Below are positions 44,485 through 55,200 of a stretch of 64,000 bases of DNA, in pieces. The stretch is from contig CAYGBA010000001.1 of the NCBI GenBank assembly GCA_964347995.1, positions 2,244 to 66,243 on the forward strand, given 5' to 3'. This DNA comes from an uncultured Candidatus Bathyarchaeia archaeon. Lineage in GTDB: Archaea; Thermoproteota; Bathyarchaeia; Bathyarchaeales; Bathyarchaeaceae. How positions within the stretch are numbered: the first letter of the stretch is position 1; each line of letters starts with the position of its first letter. The position numbers were made by a program, and so were the translations under genes. The notes under the pieces are model-generated. The model did not search any database, was not told where the DNA came from, and worked only from the letters and a program-made list of their open reading frames with translations.

Positions 44485-45456
44485 TTGGGAAAAGGCCTAC
44501 TGATGCAATCGCCGATTTCGAATGAGCTCATCCAAGTGTTGAAGAACCAAAAATATCACATTGTTGGCAGACACTCCGCTGTCAAACGCTGCAGATGGCT
44601 CTACGAGAGTCTTATCCATGATCGTCCTTGTTACAAGCAGAAATTCTATGGAATAAGGAGTCATCGGTGTGTTCAGATGACCCCTGCAGTTGTCTACTGC
44701 ACGTTGCATTGTCCTTTTTGTTGGCGTCTTCAGAGTGGAGACCTCGAATTTGAGTGGGATGAGACGGATTTGCCGGAATGGGATAGCCCTGCGGAGATAG
44801 TGGAGGGCTGCGTTAGGGAGCAGCTTAGGATTTTGAGCGGATACAAGGGAAATGCGAAAGCTGATCCGGAAAAGTACAAAGAAGCTTTGACGCCTAGACA
44901 CGCTGCCATAAGCCTAGCAGGCGAACCAACATTATACCATAATCTTGATGGTCTCATACATGAATTCCACAAACGAGGCTTCACAACGTTTTTGGTCACC
45001 AACGGGACAGCTCCCCAAGTACTATCACAGCTGAGCGAAGAGCCGACGCAACTTTATATCTCGGTCTCAGCGTTCGATAAGAAGACATACTTTGAAACAT
45101 GTCGTCCACAAATCCCAGACGCTTGGGAGAAACTTAACGAAACAATATCCTTGTTACCAAGTTTGAAATGTCCAACTGTAATCCGTATAACGTTGGTGCG
45201 CAACCTTAATCTGAAGCATCCGGAGCTGTATGCCCGATTGATTGATAGCGCCAATCCTACATATGTAGAGCCCAAAGCCTACATGCACGTTGGCTTTTCG
45301 AGGCTACGCCTAGAATTTGAGAATATGCCGACTCACAGGGAGATTCGATCCTTTGCAAGTGAACTATCAGAGCAGATGGGCTATAACATTCTGGACGAGG
45401 CCCGCGAGAGTCGTGTTGTTTTGCTAAGTCGCCTGGAAAGACCCATTAGATTCTGA
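44485..45456 (+). CDS. taw1: tRNA 4-demethylwyosine synthase Taw1 (radical SAM, Tyw1 homolog)
   Basis: YKQKFYGIRSHRCVQMTP and CTLHCPFCWR (CxxxCxxC), plus ISLAGEPTLY. Confidence 0.8.
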   Translation: MGKGLLMQSPISNELIQVLKNQKYHIVGRHSAVKRCRWLYESLIHDRPCYKQKFYGIRSHRCVQMTPAVVYCTLHCPFCWRLQSGDLEFEWDETDLPEWDSPAEIVEGCVREQLRILSGYKGNAKADPEKYKEALTPRHAAISLAGEPTLYHNLDGLIHEFHKRGFTTFLVTNGTAPQVLSQLSEEPTQLYISVSAFDKKTYFETCRPQIPDAWEKLNETISLLPSLKCPTVIRITLVRNLNLKHPELYARLIDSANPTYVEPKAYMHVGFSRLRLEFENMPTHREIRSFASELSEQMGYNILDEARESRVVLLSRLERPIRF

Positions 45457-45525
45457 GAGCAGCTTTTCTGAAAGCAACAAGTTAAAATGTCGGTTCTCTG
45501 AACTAGGATAAACGATGGTGTTCTT

Positions 45526-46620
45526 ATGGTCGACCCAAGAGATACTAGACTTGCTGATGTCTTAGTCAGCTACTCGATCGAGATGAAAAAGGGAGAAAAT
45601 GTTTGTTTACTCACAGATTCAACTCAGACTCTACCCCTATTCCTTGAAGTGTACAAGAAAGTCATCGCAGGGGGCGGATATCCGTATCCTCACATTTTCT
45701 TGGATCCTCACATAGGCTTTGAAGGAATGGACTATACGTTTATGAAACATGCTTCAGAGGAGCAGTTGAATCACCTTTCGCCGCTTAGACTGAAAGAAAT
45801 GGAGACGATGGATGCCTATATCAGAATTGGCGGACCCGCAAATAGTCAGGAGCTGAGTGGCATCGATCCCAAGAGAATATCGATGAGAAGGAAGACGACA
45901 AAACCGATATTGGATGAAAGGTTAAGAAAGAAATGGGTTGTGACTAGGTATCCTACTCCGTCTATGGCTCAGGCTGCGTGGATGGCTACACAGGATTTCG
46001 CAGATTTCTTTTACAACGCCTGCCTTATAGACTGGAAAGAACAAGAAACGAATCAAGAAGCCATCAAGAGGAAATTTGAAAGCGGAAAGATTGTTAGAGT
46101 GCTTGCAGACGACACTGACCTCAGGGTGAGCATAGAAGGAAGAAAATGCATAAAGTGTTATGGAAAGAAGAATATGCCAGATGGAGAAATCTACTTTGCC
46201 CCCAATGAAACATACACCACCGGGTATATCAAATACACGTACCCCTACAACATGCAAGGACAAACAATATCAGGAATATTCCTTAGGTTTGATAAAGGAA
46301 AAATAGTTGATTTCAAGGCGCAAACAAATCAGAAGGCGTTGGAAGCTCTCCTGAACACAGATGAAGGAGCAAGACGGCTAGGCGAATTCGGGATCGGAAC
46401 AAACGAAGGCATAAAACGATTCACCAGTCAAACACTCTTCGATGAAAAGATAGAGGGTACAATCCATGTCACTCCTGGAAATGCCTACGAGGACAGCGGA
46501 GGTTTGAACAAGTCAGCGATACATGCAGACATAGTCAAGGATTTAAGGAAGGAAAAGGGCGGCGGCGAAATTCAAATAGATGGTGAAACCATCCAAAAAG
46601 ACGGAAAATGGCTCCTCTAG
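45526..46620 (+). CDS. M29-family aminopeptidase (AmpS/PepS/aminopeptidase T-like)
   Basis: LADVLVSYSIEMKKGENV, a mid-protein GEIYFAP, and GEFGIGTN...IHVTPGN...HADIV are typical of the thermophilic metalloprotease M29 family. Confidence 0.75.
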   Translation: MVDPRDTRLADVLVSYSIEMKKGENVCLLTDSTQTLPLFLEVYKKVIAGGGYPYPHIFLDPHIGFEGMDYTFMKHASEEQLNHLSPLRLKEMETMDAYIRIGGPANSQELSGIDPKRISMRRKTTKPILDERLRKKWVVTRYPTPSMAQAAWMATQDFADFFYNACLIDWKEQETNQEAIKRKFESGKIVRVLADDTDLRVSIEGRKCIKCYGKKNMPDGEIYFAPNETYTTGYIKYTYPYNMQGQTISGIFLRFDKGKIVDFKAQTNQKALEALLNTDEGARRLGEFGIGTNEGIKRFTSQTLFDEKIEGTIHVTPGNAYEDSGGLNKSAIHADIVKDLRKEKGGGEIQIDGETIQKDGKWLL

Positions 46621-46671
46621 TCGCGCATGTGGTGGCGTCCAAATAGACCGCGATAGAGAGACACAGAAGGA

Positions 46672-46683
46672 GGGGGATCCCCC
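46672..46683. repeat. Perfect 12-nt palindrome GGGGGATCCCCC downstream of the M29 peptidase gene
   Basis: Read directly at 46672-46683. Confidence 0.9.
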
Positions 46684-46732
46684 TACTCAGTTTTAACGTC
46701 AAGTTGTTAGTTGGATCCAAATACTCGAACAA

Positions 46733-46756
46733 TATTGAAAACACTATTGAAAACAC
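46733..46756. repeat. Perfect tandem duplication of TATTGAAAACAC (2 x 12 nt) in the intergenic region upstream of the M20 peptidase gene
   Basis: Read directly: copies at 46733-46744 and 46745-46756. Confidence 0.9.
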
Positions 46757-46891
46757 AATTTTTTAGAACGGCACCCGCAGATTAACATTCCAAGGAGCAG
46801 TCCCCTCTCATAATCCACAAATGTGTAAAGAAGCGGTCTACGAAAGAATGGCATAGTAACTCATTAATACGCTCAGCATGAACATGACTAC

Positions 46892-48253
46892 ATGCAATTA
46901 GACAGCGTCTATAAGTGTATCGACTCCAACTCGCAAAGTTTCATCCAAGATCTCGTCCGACTTGTGAGGCAACCAAGCGTCTCTGCGAGAAAAGAAGGAA
47001 TGCAGGAGTGCGCAGAAATCGTGGACGAGATGATGAGAGAGATTGGAATCTCCACGAGGATTATCCCCGAAGAAGAGGGAAACCCTGTTGTATATGGCGA
47101 AATCAAATCGAAATCCTCTCAGAAGACGCTCCTCTTCTATGACCACTACGATGTTCAGCCGCCGGAACCGCTCGAGGAATGGATCTGCGACCCATTTGAG
47201 GGCAAGATACAAGATGGAAGAATATACGGTAGAGGCGCGGCCGACAACAAGGGGAACATCGTCTCAAGACTTAAGGCTGTTCAAGCTTTTGTCGAAACCA
47301 CGGGAAACGTGCCGATCAACATCAAATTTGTGATCGAAGGAGAGGAAGAGATAGGCAGCCCGCACCTGGCGCCAGTCATTCAGGCAAATAAGGATTTGTT
47401 TTCGGCTGACGCGGCAATCTGGGAGTTCGGCGGCACAGATCGAAAAGGGCGCCCCTTGGTCTATCTGGGGCTAAAGGGAGTATTGTCTGTAGAGTTGACA
47501 GCCAAGGGTGCATCTAGGGATGTACACTCAGCAAATGCCCCGTTGATTCACAATCCAGCTTGGCGCCTTGTGTGGACGTTGAGCACCCTGAAAAACGAAA
47601 AAGACGAAATTCTGATCCACGGTTTTTATGACAAAGTCGAACCTCCATCAGCCGAGGAAATCAGATATGCAAAAGAGATTCCTTTTGAAGAAGAGGAGGA
47701 AAAGAAAGAGCTAGGATTGAATCAGTTTCTCCACGACGTATCTGGGGTGGACGCTGTAAGAGCGTTATTGCATCAACCAACTTGCACGATAAATGGCTTT
47801 CTCAGCGGGTATACAGGCACGGGCTCCAAAACCGTGTTACCAAATAAGGCTATGGTGAAACTTGACTTCCGCCTGGTTCCTCGTCAAATGCCCGAAGAAA
47901 TCTTCAACAAACTTGTGCAACATCTGAAAAACAGCGGGTTCGGAGACATCGAAGTGCTAAAGCACAGCTCAACCGAGCCGACAAAAACACCAATTAGCGA
48001 CAGCTTCGTTCAGACCGTGATAAAAACGGCTGAGAGAGTGTACGATAAAAAGGCGGTTGTATATCCTACAAGTGCGGGCTCTGGGCCTATGCATCTGTTT
48101 CGCAACTGGCTTGGGTATCCTGTTGTCTCAGTTGGATGCGCCCATGCGGAATCACGCGGGCACGCGCCAAACGAGAACATAACGATAGACGGATTCGTCG
48201 AGGGAACGAAGTTTATGGCAACAATCATCCACGACTTCAGCGTCTCCCAGTGA
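46892..48253 (+). CDS. M20-family metallopeptidase (dipeptidase/ArgE/DapE/CPG2-like)
   Basis: LLFYDHYDVQP and GRGAADNKGNIV (M20 catalytic/metal motifs), and EGEEEIGS. Confidence 0.8.
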   Translation: MQLDSVYKCIDSNSQSFIQDLVRLVRQPSVSARKEGMQECAEIVDEMMREIGISTRIIPEEEGNPVVYGEIKSKSSQKTLLFYDHYDVQPPEPLEEWICDPFEGKIQDGRIYGRGAADNKGNIVSRLKAVQAFVETTGNVPINIKFVIEGEEEIGSPHLAPVIQANKDLFSADAAIWEFGGTDRKGRPLVYLGLKGVLSVELTAKGASRDVHSANAPLIHNPAWRLVWTLSTLKNEKDEILIHGFYDKVEPPSAEEIRYAKEIPFEEEEEKKELGLNQFLHDVSGVDAVRALLHQPTCTINGFLSGYTGTGSKTVLPNKAMVKLDFRLVPRQMPEEIFNKLVQHLKNSGFGDIEVLKHSSTEPTKTPISDSFVQTVIKTAERVYDKKAVVYPTSAGSGPMHLFRNWLGYPVVSVGCAHAESRGHAPNENITIDGFVEGTKFMATIIHDFSVSQ

Positions 48254-48343
48254 TGAGCGCCATTTCGTAGTGTGGATGTTAAGTAAAAGCCTATTAAGTC
48301 CGCTTGAATCATCATCTTTGAAACTCAGCAAGGTGTAAGAGAT

Positions 48344-49000
48344 ATGTCATTGAAATCGATTCTTGACAGGATTCAGAATGATTTAACGAAAAGAGAGGCG
48401 GTCTGGGAAGAAATTAAGAGGGACATGCGTAGGGCTACACGATTATCTAAACAGGCGATTCTTTTCGTGCATCAACAAAGGAATGATGACGCTACGAAGT
48501 TACTCGGCGACGCTAGAGAGCTTTTCTCCAAGCTTCGCAAGGTTTCAAAGGATTATCCTGACCTAGTCTACACGGGCATGGTTGATTCGGCTCTTCAGGA
48601 GTACGTTGAGGCACAGACTTTTCTAGGTTTAATCGAGAAAGATCGATTCATCAACCCTGAAGAACTTGAGGTTCCCCCAATTTCCTATATCCTCGGGCTT
48701 GCGGATGTTATTGGAGAGTTCCGGCGCAGGACCCTTGATGCCATTCGCAGAGGAGATGTAGATACAGCTGAGAATTGTCTGCAAACTATGGAGCACATCT
48801 ACACCGAGTTAACCGGTATGGATGAGAGCTATCTCCTCGTCTCAGGGCTCCGAAGAAAATGCGACATTGCAAGACGCATCATCGAATCAACCAGAGGAGA
48901 CGTCACCATAGAAGCCCGAAGAAGCTCTTTGGAAGACTCGATCACGGAATTAGAGACAACGTTGAGGAGAAAGGGGAAGATTGGGGAAACTGAGTCCTGA
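48344..49000 (+). CDS. Translin-family protein
   Basis: The 218-aa helical protein with QEYVEAQTF and LGLADVIGEFRR resembles archaeal translin-family sequences. Confidence 0.65.
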   Translation: MSLKSILDRIQNDLTKREAVWEEIKRDMRRATRLSKQAILFVHQQRNDDATKLLGDARELFSKLRKVSKDYPDLVYTGMVDSALQEYVEAQTFLGLIEKDRFINPEELEVPPISYILGLADVIGEFRRRTLDAIRRGDVDTAENCLQTMEHIYTELTGMDESYLLVSGLRRKCDIARRIIESTRGDVTIEARRSSLEDSITELETTLRRKGKIGETES

Positions 49001-50588
49001 TAAGATTTTGAAGCAAATCGAGGAAGAGGGATTTGAGAGCGTCTGGAAGGAAAGCACAAGGCTCTTTTCAAAAGCTAAGAGACGACTTAAGCTTGTTCCA
49101 GGCAAGCGCGGCATATCCCATCCACTCTTCGATCTTCTCCAGAAGATGCGACAGTCATTTCTCAGTCTCGGTTTTATGGAGGTCTCAAATCCCGTCGTGA
49201 CCGACGAAAAAGAAGTCTACAAGCAATACGGATCTGAGGCGCCGATAATACTCGATCGTTGCTATTACTTGGCGACGTTGCCCAGACCAGACATCGGTTT
49301 GAGCAAAGCGAAGAGTCAAAAGATCGGGTCTCTTGGAGTCGAATTGACAAAACGGAAGATAGCAGCCCTACAGGATGTGTTGAGAGACTACAAGAAGGGA
49401 GAAATGGCTTCTGATGATTTTGTGAAAAGAATTTCGGAATCGCTCGGGATTTCTGATGACAAAGCCACCCAAATTCTTTCCGAGATTTTTCCAGAGTTCG
49501 CCGCTCTAGAACCTCAAACCTCCACCCTCACCTTACGATCTCACATGACAAGCGCGTGGTTTCTCACCCTGCAGGCGCTACAGCACAAGCTGGAGTATCC
49601 TCTGAAGTTGTTTTCCGTAGACATCCGCTTCCGACGTGAGCAGAGGGAGGACCCTACTCACCTTCGTGTGCATCATGCTGCGAGCTGCGTTGTTATGGAT
49701 GAGGGTGTGGATGTGAGAGATGGTGAGGAAATCACCAGAGCCCTTCTCGAGCCTCTGGGATTCGGGCAGTTCCGTTTCGCTCAAAAGAAAGTTACCTCCC
49801 GATATTACGCGCCAGGAACGGAATATGAAGGCTACATTTTTCATCCAGATATGGACGACTGGATTGAGATTGCCAACTACGGAGTGTATAGCCCAATCGC
49901 CCTCGCAAGATACGGTCTTGAACATCCTGTTCTGAATGTTGGTGTTGGAGTGGAGCGCGTGGCTCTGGTGTTGTATGGTGAGACTGACGTGAGGAGCCTT
50001 GTATATCCGCAGTTTTCCGCAGAGTGGGAGCTTACTGATGTTGAGATCGCGACGATGGTTGGGGTCGAATTGGAGCCAAGAAGTGAGGCGGGAGAAAGGA
50101 TGCGAGAGAAGATCAAAGCTACCGCGTTAGAGCATGCAGATGCCATGGCTCCATGCGAGTTCTTAGCATACGAAGGAGCAATGTTGGACAAGACTGTGAA
50201 GGTTTACGTTTATGAAACGGATAGGGGTGCCAAGCTTCTAGGGCCGGCTGCTCGGAATCTGGTCTATGTTTATGATGGAAACGTCTTGGGTGTTCCACGG
50301 AAAGGTATGGAGCGAGTGGCGATTGTGAAGAAGGCGAGGGCGGGGGGCGTATCAACTCGTCTCAGTTATTTGGATGCTGTGGCTTCTCTTGCGGCTGCAA
50401 AGGTTGAGGAGGCGGTTGAGTCTGGCGAGGAAGGGGTGAATGTTCGGGTGAGGATTGCGAAGCGTCCTAGCGATGTCAACATTGGGATAAGCGATGTGGC
50501 TCGGCGCTACGTAACAGGCAAGAAGAGGAAAATTGATGTAGCTGGGCCAGTCTTTATTGGGGTTCGAGCGGAGATTGACAAAGGTTAG
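48981..50588 (+). CDS. sepS: O-phosphoseryl-tRNA(Cys) ligase (SepRS)
   Basis: Collinear with the M. jannaschii SepRS sequence I recall: YKQYGSEAPIILDRCYYLATLPRPDIGL, TLTLRSHMTSAWF, PLKLFSVDIRFRREQRED, HHAASCVV, IANYGVYSPIALARYG and NVGVGVERVALVLYG. It has a TTG start overlapping the translin stop by 20 nt. Confidence 0.9.
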   Translation: MGKLSPDKILKQIEEEGFESVWKESTRLFSKAKRRLKLVPGKRGISHPLFDLLQKMRQSFLSLGFMEVSNPVVTDEKEVYKQYGSEAPIILDRCYYLATLPRPDIGLSKAKSQKIGSLGVELTKRKIAALQDVLRDYKKGEMASDDFVKRISESLGISDDKATQILSEIFPEFAALEPQTSTLTLRSHMTSAWFLTLQALQHKLEYPLKLFSVDIRFRREQREDPTHLRVHHAASCVVMDEGVDVRDGEEITRALLEPLGFGQFRFAQKKVTSRYYAPGTEYEGYIFHPDMDDWIEIANYGVYSPIALARYGLEHPVLNVGVGVERVALVLYGETDVRSLVYPQFSAEWELTDVEIATMVGVELEPRSEAGERMREKIKATALEHADAMAPCEFLAYEGAMLDKTVKVYVYETDRGAKLLGPAARNLVYVYDGNVLGVPRKGMERVAIVKKARAGGVSTRLSYLDAVASLAAAKVEEAVESGEEGVNVRVRIAKRPSDVNIGISDVARRYVTGKKRKIDVAGPVFIGVRAEIDKG

Positions 50589-51249
50589 CCCAAAGTTTTC
50601 CGTAGAGAAAGCCCATGCGATCCAGTCGCAGTTGGCCAAACGTGTGATAAGGAAAGATGAGCTTCCTGACACCATTCGTTACGTGGCCGGGGTGGACATC
50701 GCTTATACAAGGGGGATCTCCATTGGCGCAGCTGTGGTTCTCGCTTCTGTCTCGCTGTCTCCCATAGAGTCGCGTGTATCCAGCGTCAAAACACGCTTTC
50801 CTTACATACCAACTCTACTATCTTTCAGAGAAGTTCCTCCAGCCCTTTCAGCCATAAGGAAACTGCGGGTGAGACCAGACGTTTTTCTAGTTGATGCTCA
50901 TGGAATTATGCATCCCTATAGCCTCGGCTTCGCTGCCCATCTCGGATTAGTTATTGATAAGCCCACGATTGGGGTTGCGAAGAGCCCTTTATGCGGCAAG
51001 CCTGAGCCGCTCAAAGGGAGAACGTGGGCTCCAATCGTCGATGGGGAAGAGGTCATTGGTGCCAGGGTTGTCACGAAGCCTGGAGAGAAGCCGGTGTATG
51101 TGAGCATCGGCCACAAGGTTTCGCTGGAGACCGCCATAAATATCGTCATTGATTGCACACGGACGCACAGAATTCCTGAGCCTACCAGAAGGGCGCATCA
51201 GAGGGCGAGTGAAGAGAAGCGGAGATTCACATATACTCAGAGGCTCTAG
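50557..51249 (+). CDS. nfi: Endonuclease V (Nfi)
   Basis: VAGVDIAY, FPYIPTLLSFRE, LVDAHGIMHPYSLGFAAHLG, PTIGVAKS and IPEPTRRAH match EndoV block by block. The start is TTG 50557 or 50575, and either overlaps the sepS 3' end. Confidence 0.85.
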   Translation: MGFERRLTKVSPKFSVEKAHAIQSQLAKRVIRKDELPDTIRYVAGVDIAYTRGISIGAAVVLASVSLSPIESRVSSVKTRFPYIPTLLSFREVPPALSAIRKLRVRPDVFLVDAHGIMHPYSLGFAAHLGLVIDKPTIGVAKSPLCGKPEPLKGRTWAPIVDGEEVIGARVVTKPGEKPVYVSIGHKVSLETAINIVIDCTRTHRIPEPTRRAHQRASEEKRRFTYTQRL

Positions 51250-51351
51250 AATTTGTCTCGCATATGGCTCAAATAGGCTCTTAACATGATTAGACCTACC
51301 TTTGCTGATCTCTGATTTGGGCAGTATTGGAATCCCTCCTCAAAAATTTCT

Positions 51352-52161
51352 ATGTCATCCCAGATTGTCTTTCTTATATGCGCCGGTGCATCCAGTAGTT
51401 CTGGCAAGTCTTATAGTTGGGCAGATGATAATAGAAGAAGAGCCGTTGGAGGATTAGATTTGGATTCTCGCCTCAAGAAGGTCATTAGCAAGATCAAAGG
51501 CAAGTCACTTCGGAAGAAAGTAGTTGAGCTTGTTGAAAATCCCTCGATTGAGATAGATGGTGGGGTTCACACGGGTATGCCACTGGACGCTGCTCCTGCT
51601 GGATTGTCCCGTCATCATAGCTATCCGGGAGGTCTCATCGAGCATATCGTCGGCGCAACAGGCATAGCTCTGGCTCTCTGTGACGTCGTCGAGAAAGTCT
51701 ACTGCGGGAAGGTGGACAGAGACTTAGTGCTCGCTGGCATAGTCCTGCATGACATCTTCAAGCCCCTAACCTACGAGATGGTGGAGGATGGTAGCTACAG
51801 GATGACTCCGTTAGCAGAGAGAATCGACCATCTAACATTAATTGTGGCAGAACTTGTTCGGAGAGGCTTCTCGCTAGACCTGACCCACATAGTCTGTGCG
51901 CACCATGGAGGACAGGTGGGTCCGATCTGGCCACGAACAGTAGAGGCATTAATCTGCCATCTGGCAGACTTAACAGACTCAAGGTTGAACGGAGAGGTGT
52001 TGAGAGCTGCAAGGTATCTCTCAAGAGACGCCACGGGCGAAGAACTGGAACGAATCAACTCGAAGGAAGCCTTCGGGATAGTACACTCGAAAGTGGTGAA
52101 CGGGTGGGAGGGAGTGCGGAAAGCAGTGGAGAAAATAAGACGAGACAGGCTGAATCCATAG
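51352..52161 (+). CDS. HD-domain metal-dependent phosphohydrolase
   Basis: HHSYPGGLIEHIV and GIVLHDIFKP (H...HD), later CAHHG. The first about 35 codons look non-native, so an in-frame TTG at 51460 is an alternative start. Confidence 0.65.
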   Translation: MSSQIVFLICAGASSSSGKSYSWADDNRRRAVGGLDLDSRLKKVISKIKGKSLRKKVVELVENPSIEIDGGVHTGMPLDAAPAGLSRHHSYPGGLIEHIVGATGIALALCDVVEKVYCGKVDRDLVLAGIVLHDIFKPLTYEMVEDGSYRMTPLAERIDHLTLIVAELVRRGFSLDLTHIVCAHHGGQVGPIWPRTVEALICHLADLTDSRLNGEVLRAARYLSRDATGEELERINSKEAFGIVHSKVVNGWEGVRKAVEKIRRDRLNP

Positions 52162-52267
52162 CTATCAGCTAATGCCTAGATGTGCAGAAGTTAGAAGCTT
52201 TAACTTAATTAACCACCTGATTTCTCATCATGAGCAAGATCAAAAAGTTTTTATATTTTATCTACAA

Positions 52268-55200
52268 ATGTTGAGGAAGGCTCAAATTCCACTTAGAGAA
52301 GATATGAGAAAAATTCTTGTTTTAGGGTCCGGAGCCATAAAAATTGGAGAAGCAGGCGAGTTTGATTATTCTGGCTCTCAAGCGCTAAAAGCATTAAGAG
52401 AAGAAGGAATAGAAACTGTCTTAGTGAATCCAAACATAGCAACAATTCAAACCGATGATAAATTCTCTGATAGAGTATATCTACTCCCGATTAACGCCGA
52501 TTTCGTCGAGAAGATTATTGAAAGAGAAAGACCAGACGGGATTTTGCTTGGATTTGGTGGACAAACCGCTCTAAATTGTGGAGCAGAGCTCGCTACAAGA
52601 GGAATACTAGACGAGTATGACGTGAAAGTTCTAGGAACATCGATACAGGGGATACGTAAAACAGAGGACAGAGAGTTATTTAGAAAAACTATGGAAGATG
52701 CTGATGTAAGGGTCTGTAAGAGTAAGGCAGCCTCATCGTTGGAAGAGGCTTTCGACATAGCAAACAAGATAGGCTACCCGGTAATCGTGAGGCCAGGTTA
52801 CACTCTAGGCGGACTAGGAAGCGGTATTGCAAGAAACGAGGATGAATTGAAGAAAATTGTCAGAAGAGGATTAGCACAGAGCAGGATAAGCCAAGTTCTT
52901 ATTGAAGAGTGTGTCATTGGCTGGAGAGAGATTGAATATGAAGTTGTTAGAGATTATTCAGATAATTGTCTCATTGTGTGTGACATGGAAAACTTTGATC
53001 CAATGGGAGTCCATACCGGGGATAGTATCGTTGTTGCCCCAGCTCAAACATTATCAAGATCCGAGTCCAAGAAACTGAGAGAAATTGCAGCCAGAGTAGT
53101 TAGAGCGGTTGATGTTGTGGGCGAATGTAATATTCAGTTTGCATTGAACAAAGATGGGAATTACCAGGTAATCGAAGTTAATTCAAGACTATCTAGATCT
53201 TCTGCATTGGCTTCAAAAGCTACAGGATATCCTCTGGCCTACATAGCAGCAAAACTAGCGATCGGATATGATTTGCCGAACTTACAGAGAAAAATCCCAA
53301 GGGCCTTTGCTGAACCTTCCCTAGATTATGTGGTGGTCAAGATACCCAGATGGGATCTACAAAAGTTCAGGAGGGTAGATGAAAAGATTGGGACTCAAAT
53401 GAAGTCCGTTGGAGAGGTCATGGGTATTGGAAAGAGGTTTGAGGAAGCTGTCCAGAAAGCAGTTAGAATGCTAGATATTGGTAAATCAGGTCTAGAAACT
53501 GACTCCAAGCTAGAGAAAGAGAAACTCGCTGAGATTCTGAAAAATCCAACAGATAAAAGATTATTCCATATCTACTTGGCCTTCAGAAAAGGAATTAGTT
53601 TGAGGAAAATACATGGATTGACTCAAATAAGTCCCTTTTTTCTCAAAGGAGTAAAAAACATTGTTGAATTTGAGAAAACTCTAACAGAAAGGAACTTATC
53701 AAGAGAAATCCTTCTGAAAGCGAAAAAATTGGGTTTTTCTGATGGACAAATTGCAGGAATTAAAGCAAAAGAAGAAGGAGAGATCAGAGAGCTGAGGAAA
53801 AGCTTTGGAATAGTGCCGAAAGTAAAGCGAGTGAATGCTTTAGTTGAGAAGAGCCTTTCCGCTAATTATCTATACCTTACTTATAACTGCGATGAGGAAG
53901 ATGCATTCTATAGCAAAAGAGAGAAGATTGTAGTTCTTGGATCTGGGCCTTATAGAATTGGTTCTTCTGTGGAATTTGATTGGAGTGCCGTCAACACAGT
54001 TTCAACTCTTCGAAAGCAGGGGTATGAAGCAATAATGATAAACTGTAATCCAGAGACTGTTTCAACCGATTATGATGTTTCTGACAAACTGTACTTTGAA
54101 GAATTAACTTGCGAAAGGGTTTTAGATATTCACGAAAAGGAAGAACCGCTAGGAGCTATCGTTTCGGTAGGTGGACAAATTCCAAACGATCTTGCTCTAA
54201 GCTTGCATAATTTCGGAGTGACAATCCTCGGGACTAGTCCGAGGCAAATCGATAAAGCAGAGGATAGAGCAAAGTTTAGCGGGTTTCTAGACGAACTAAG
54301 GATAAATCAACCCAAATGGAACAGATTTACTAATTTAGAAGATGCCAAAGAGTTCAGTAGAAAAATAGGATACCCGGTTCTTATTAGACCAAGTTATGTT
54401 CTTTCAGGGTCCGCGATGAGAGTGGCCAATGACGCGGATGAATTACGAGATTATCTGCAATTAGCCATCAAAATCTCAAAGAAGCATCCAGTAGTGATAT
54501 CAAAATTCATCAGGAATGCCAAGGAAGTTGAAGTGGATGGGGTATCCGATTCCCAGAACGTTTTGATTGGAGCAGTGATAGAACATATAGAGAACGCTGG
54601 AGTTCATTCTGGAGACGCAACAATGGTTGTTCCACCTGTGACAATTCCACAAGACACGGTTGGAATGATCAGAGAAAATTCTGCAAAGATAGCCAAGGCA
54701 TTACAAATCAGAGGACCCTTCAACATTCAATACATTTTGAAAGACAACGAATTGTTCGTAATAGAGTGCAATTTAAGAGCTTCTAGAAGCATACCTTTCG
54801 TGAGCAAAGTAAAGAATGTGAATCTGATCGAAACTGCTACTGAAGTCATGCTTGGAAAACCTCTTGAAACCACAGAAATCACAAAAATTACTCATTTTGG
54901 AGTTAAAGTTCCTCAATTCTCATTTATGCGGCTGGACGGAGCAGATCCCACACTTGGTGTTGAGATGGTTTCGACTGGCGAGGTAGCATGTCTGGGTGAA
55001 GATTTCTATGAAGCCTTTTTGAAATCCTTGATCTCCTCTCAATTAGAAATCCCTCTAGAAAATTCTTCGGTTTTAATCAGCATCTGCGACGAACTCAAGC
55101 CAAGAATATTAGAAACTGCGAAAAAACTAGATCAGTTGGGCTTTAAGATATATGCAACTCTGGGAACATCGAAATTTCTGACAAGAAACGGGATTCAAAC

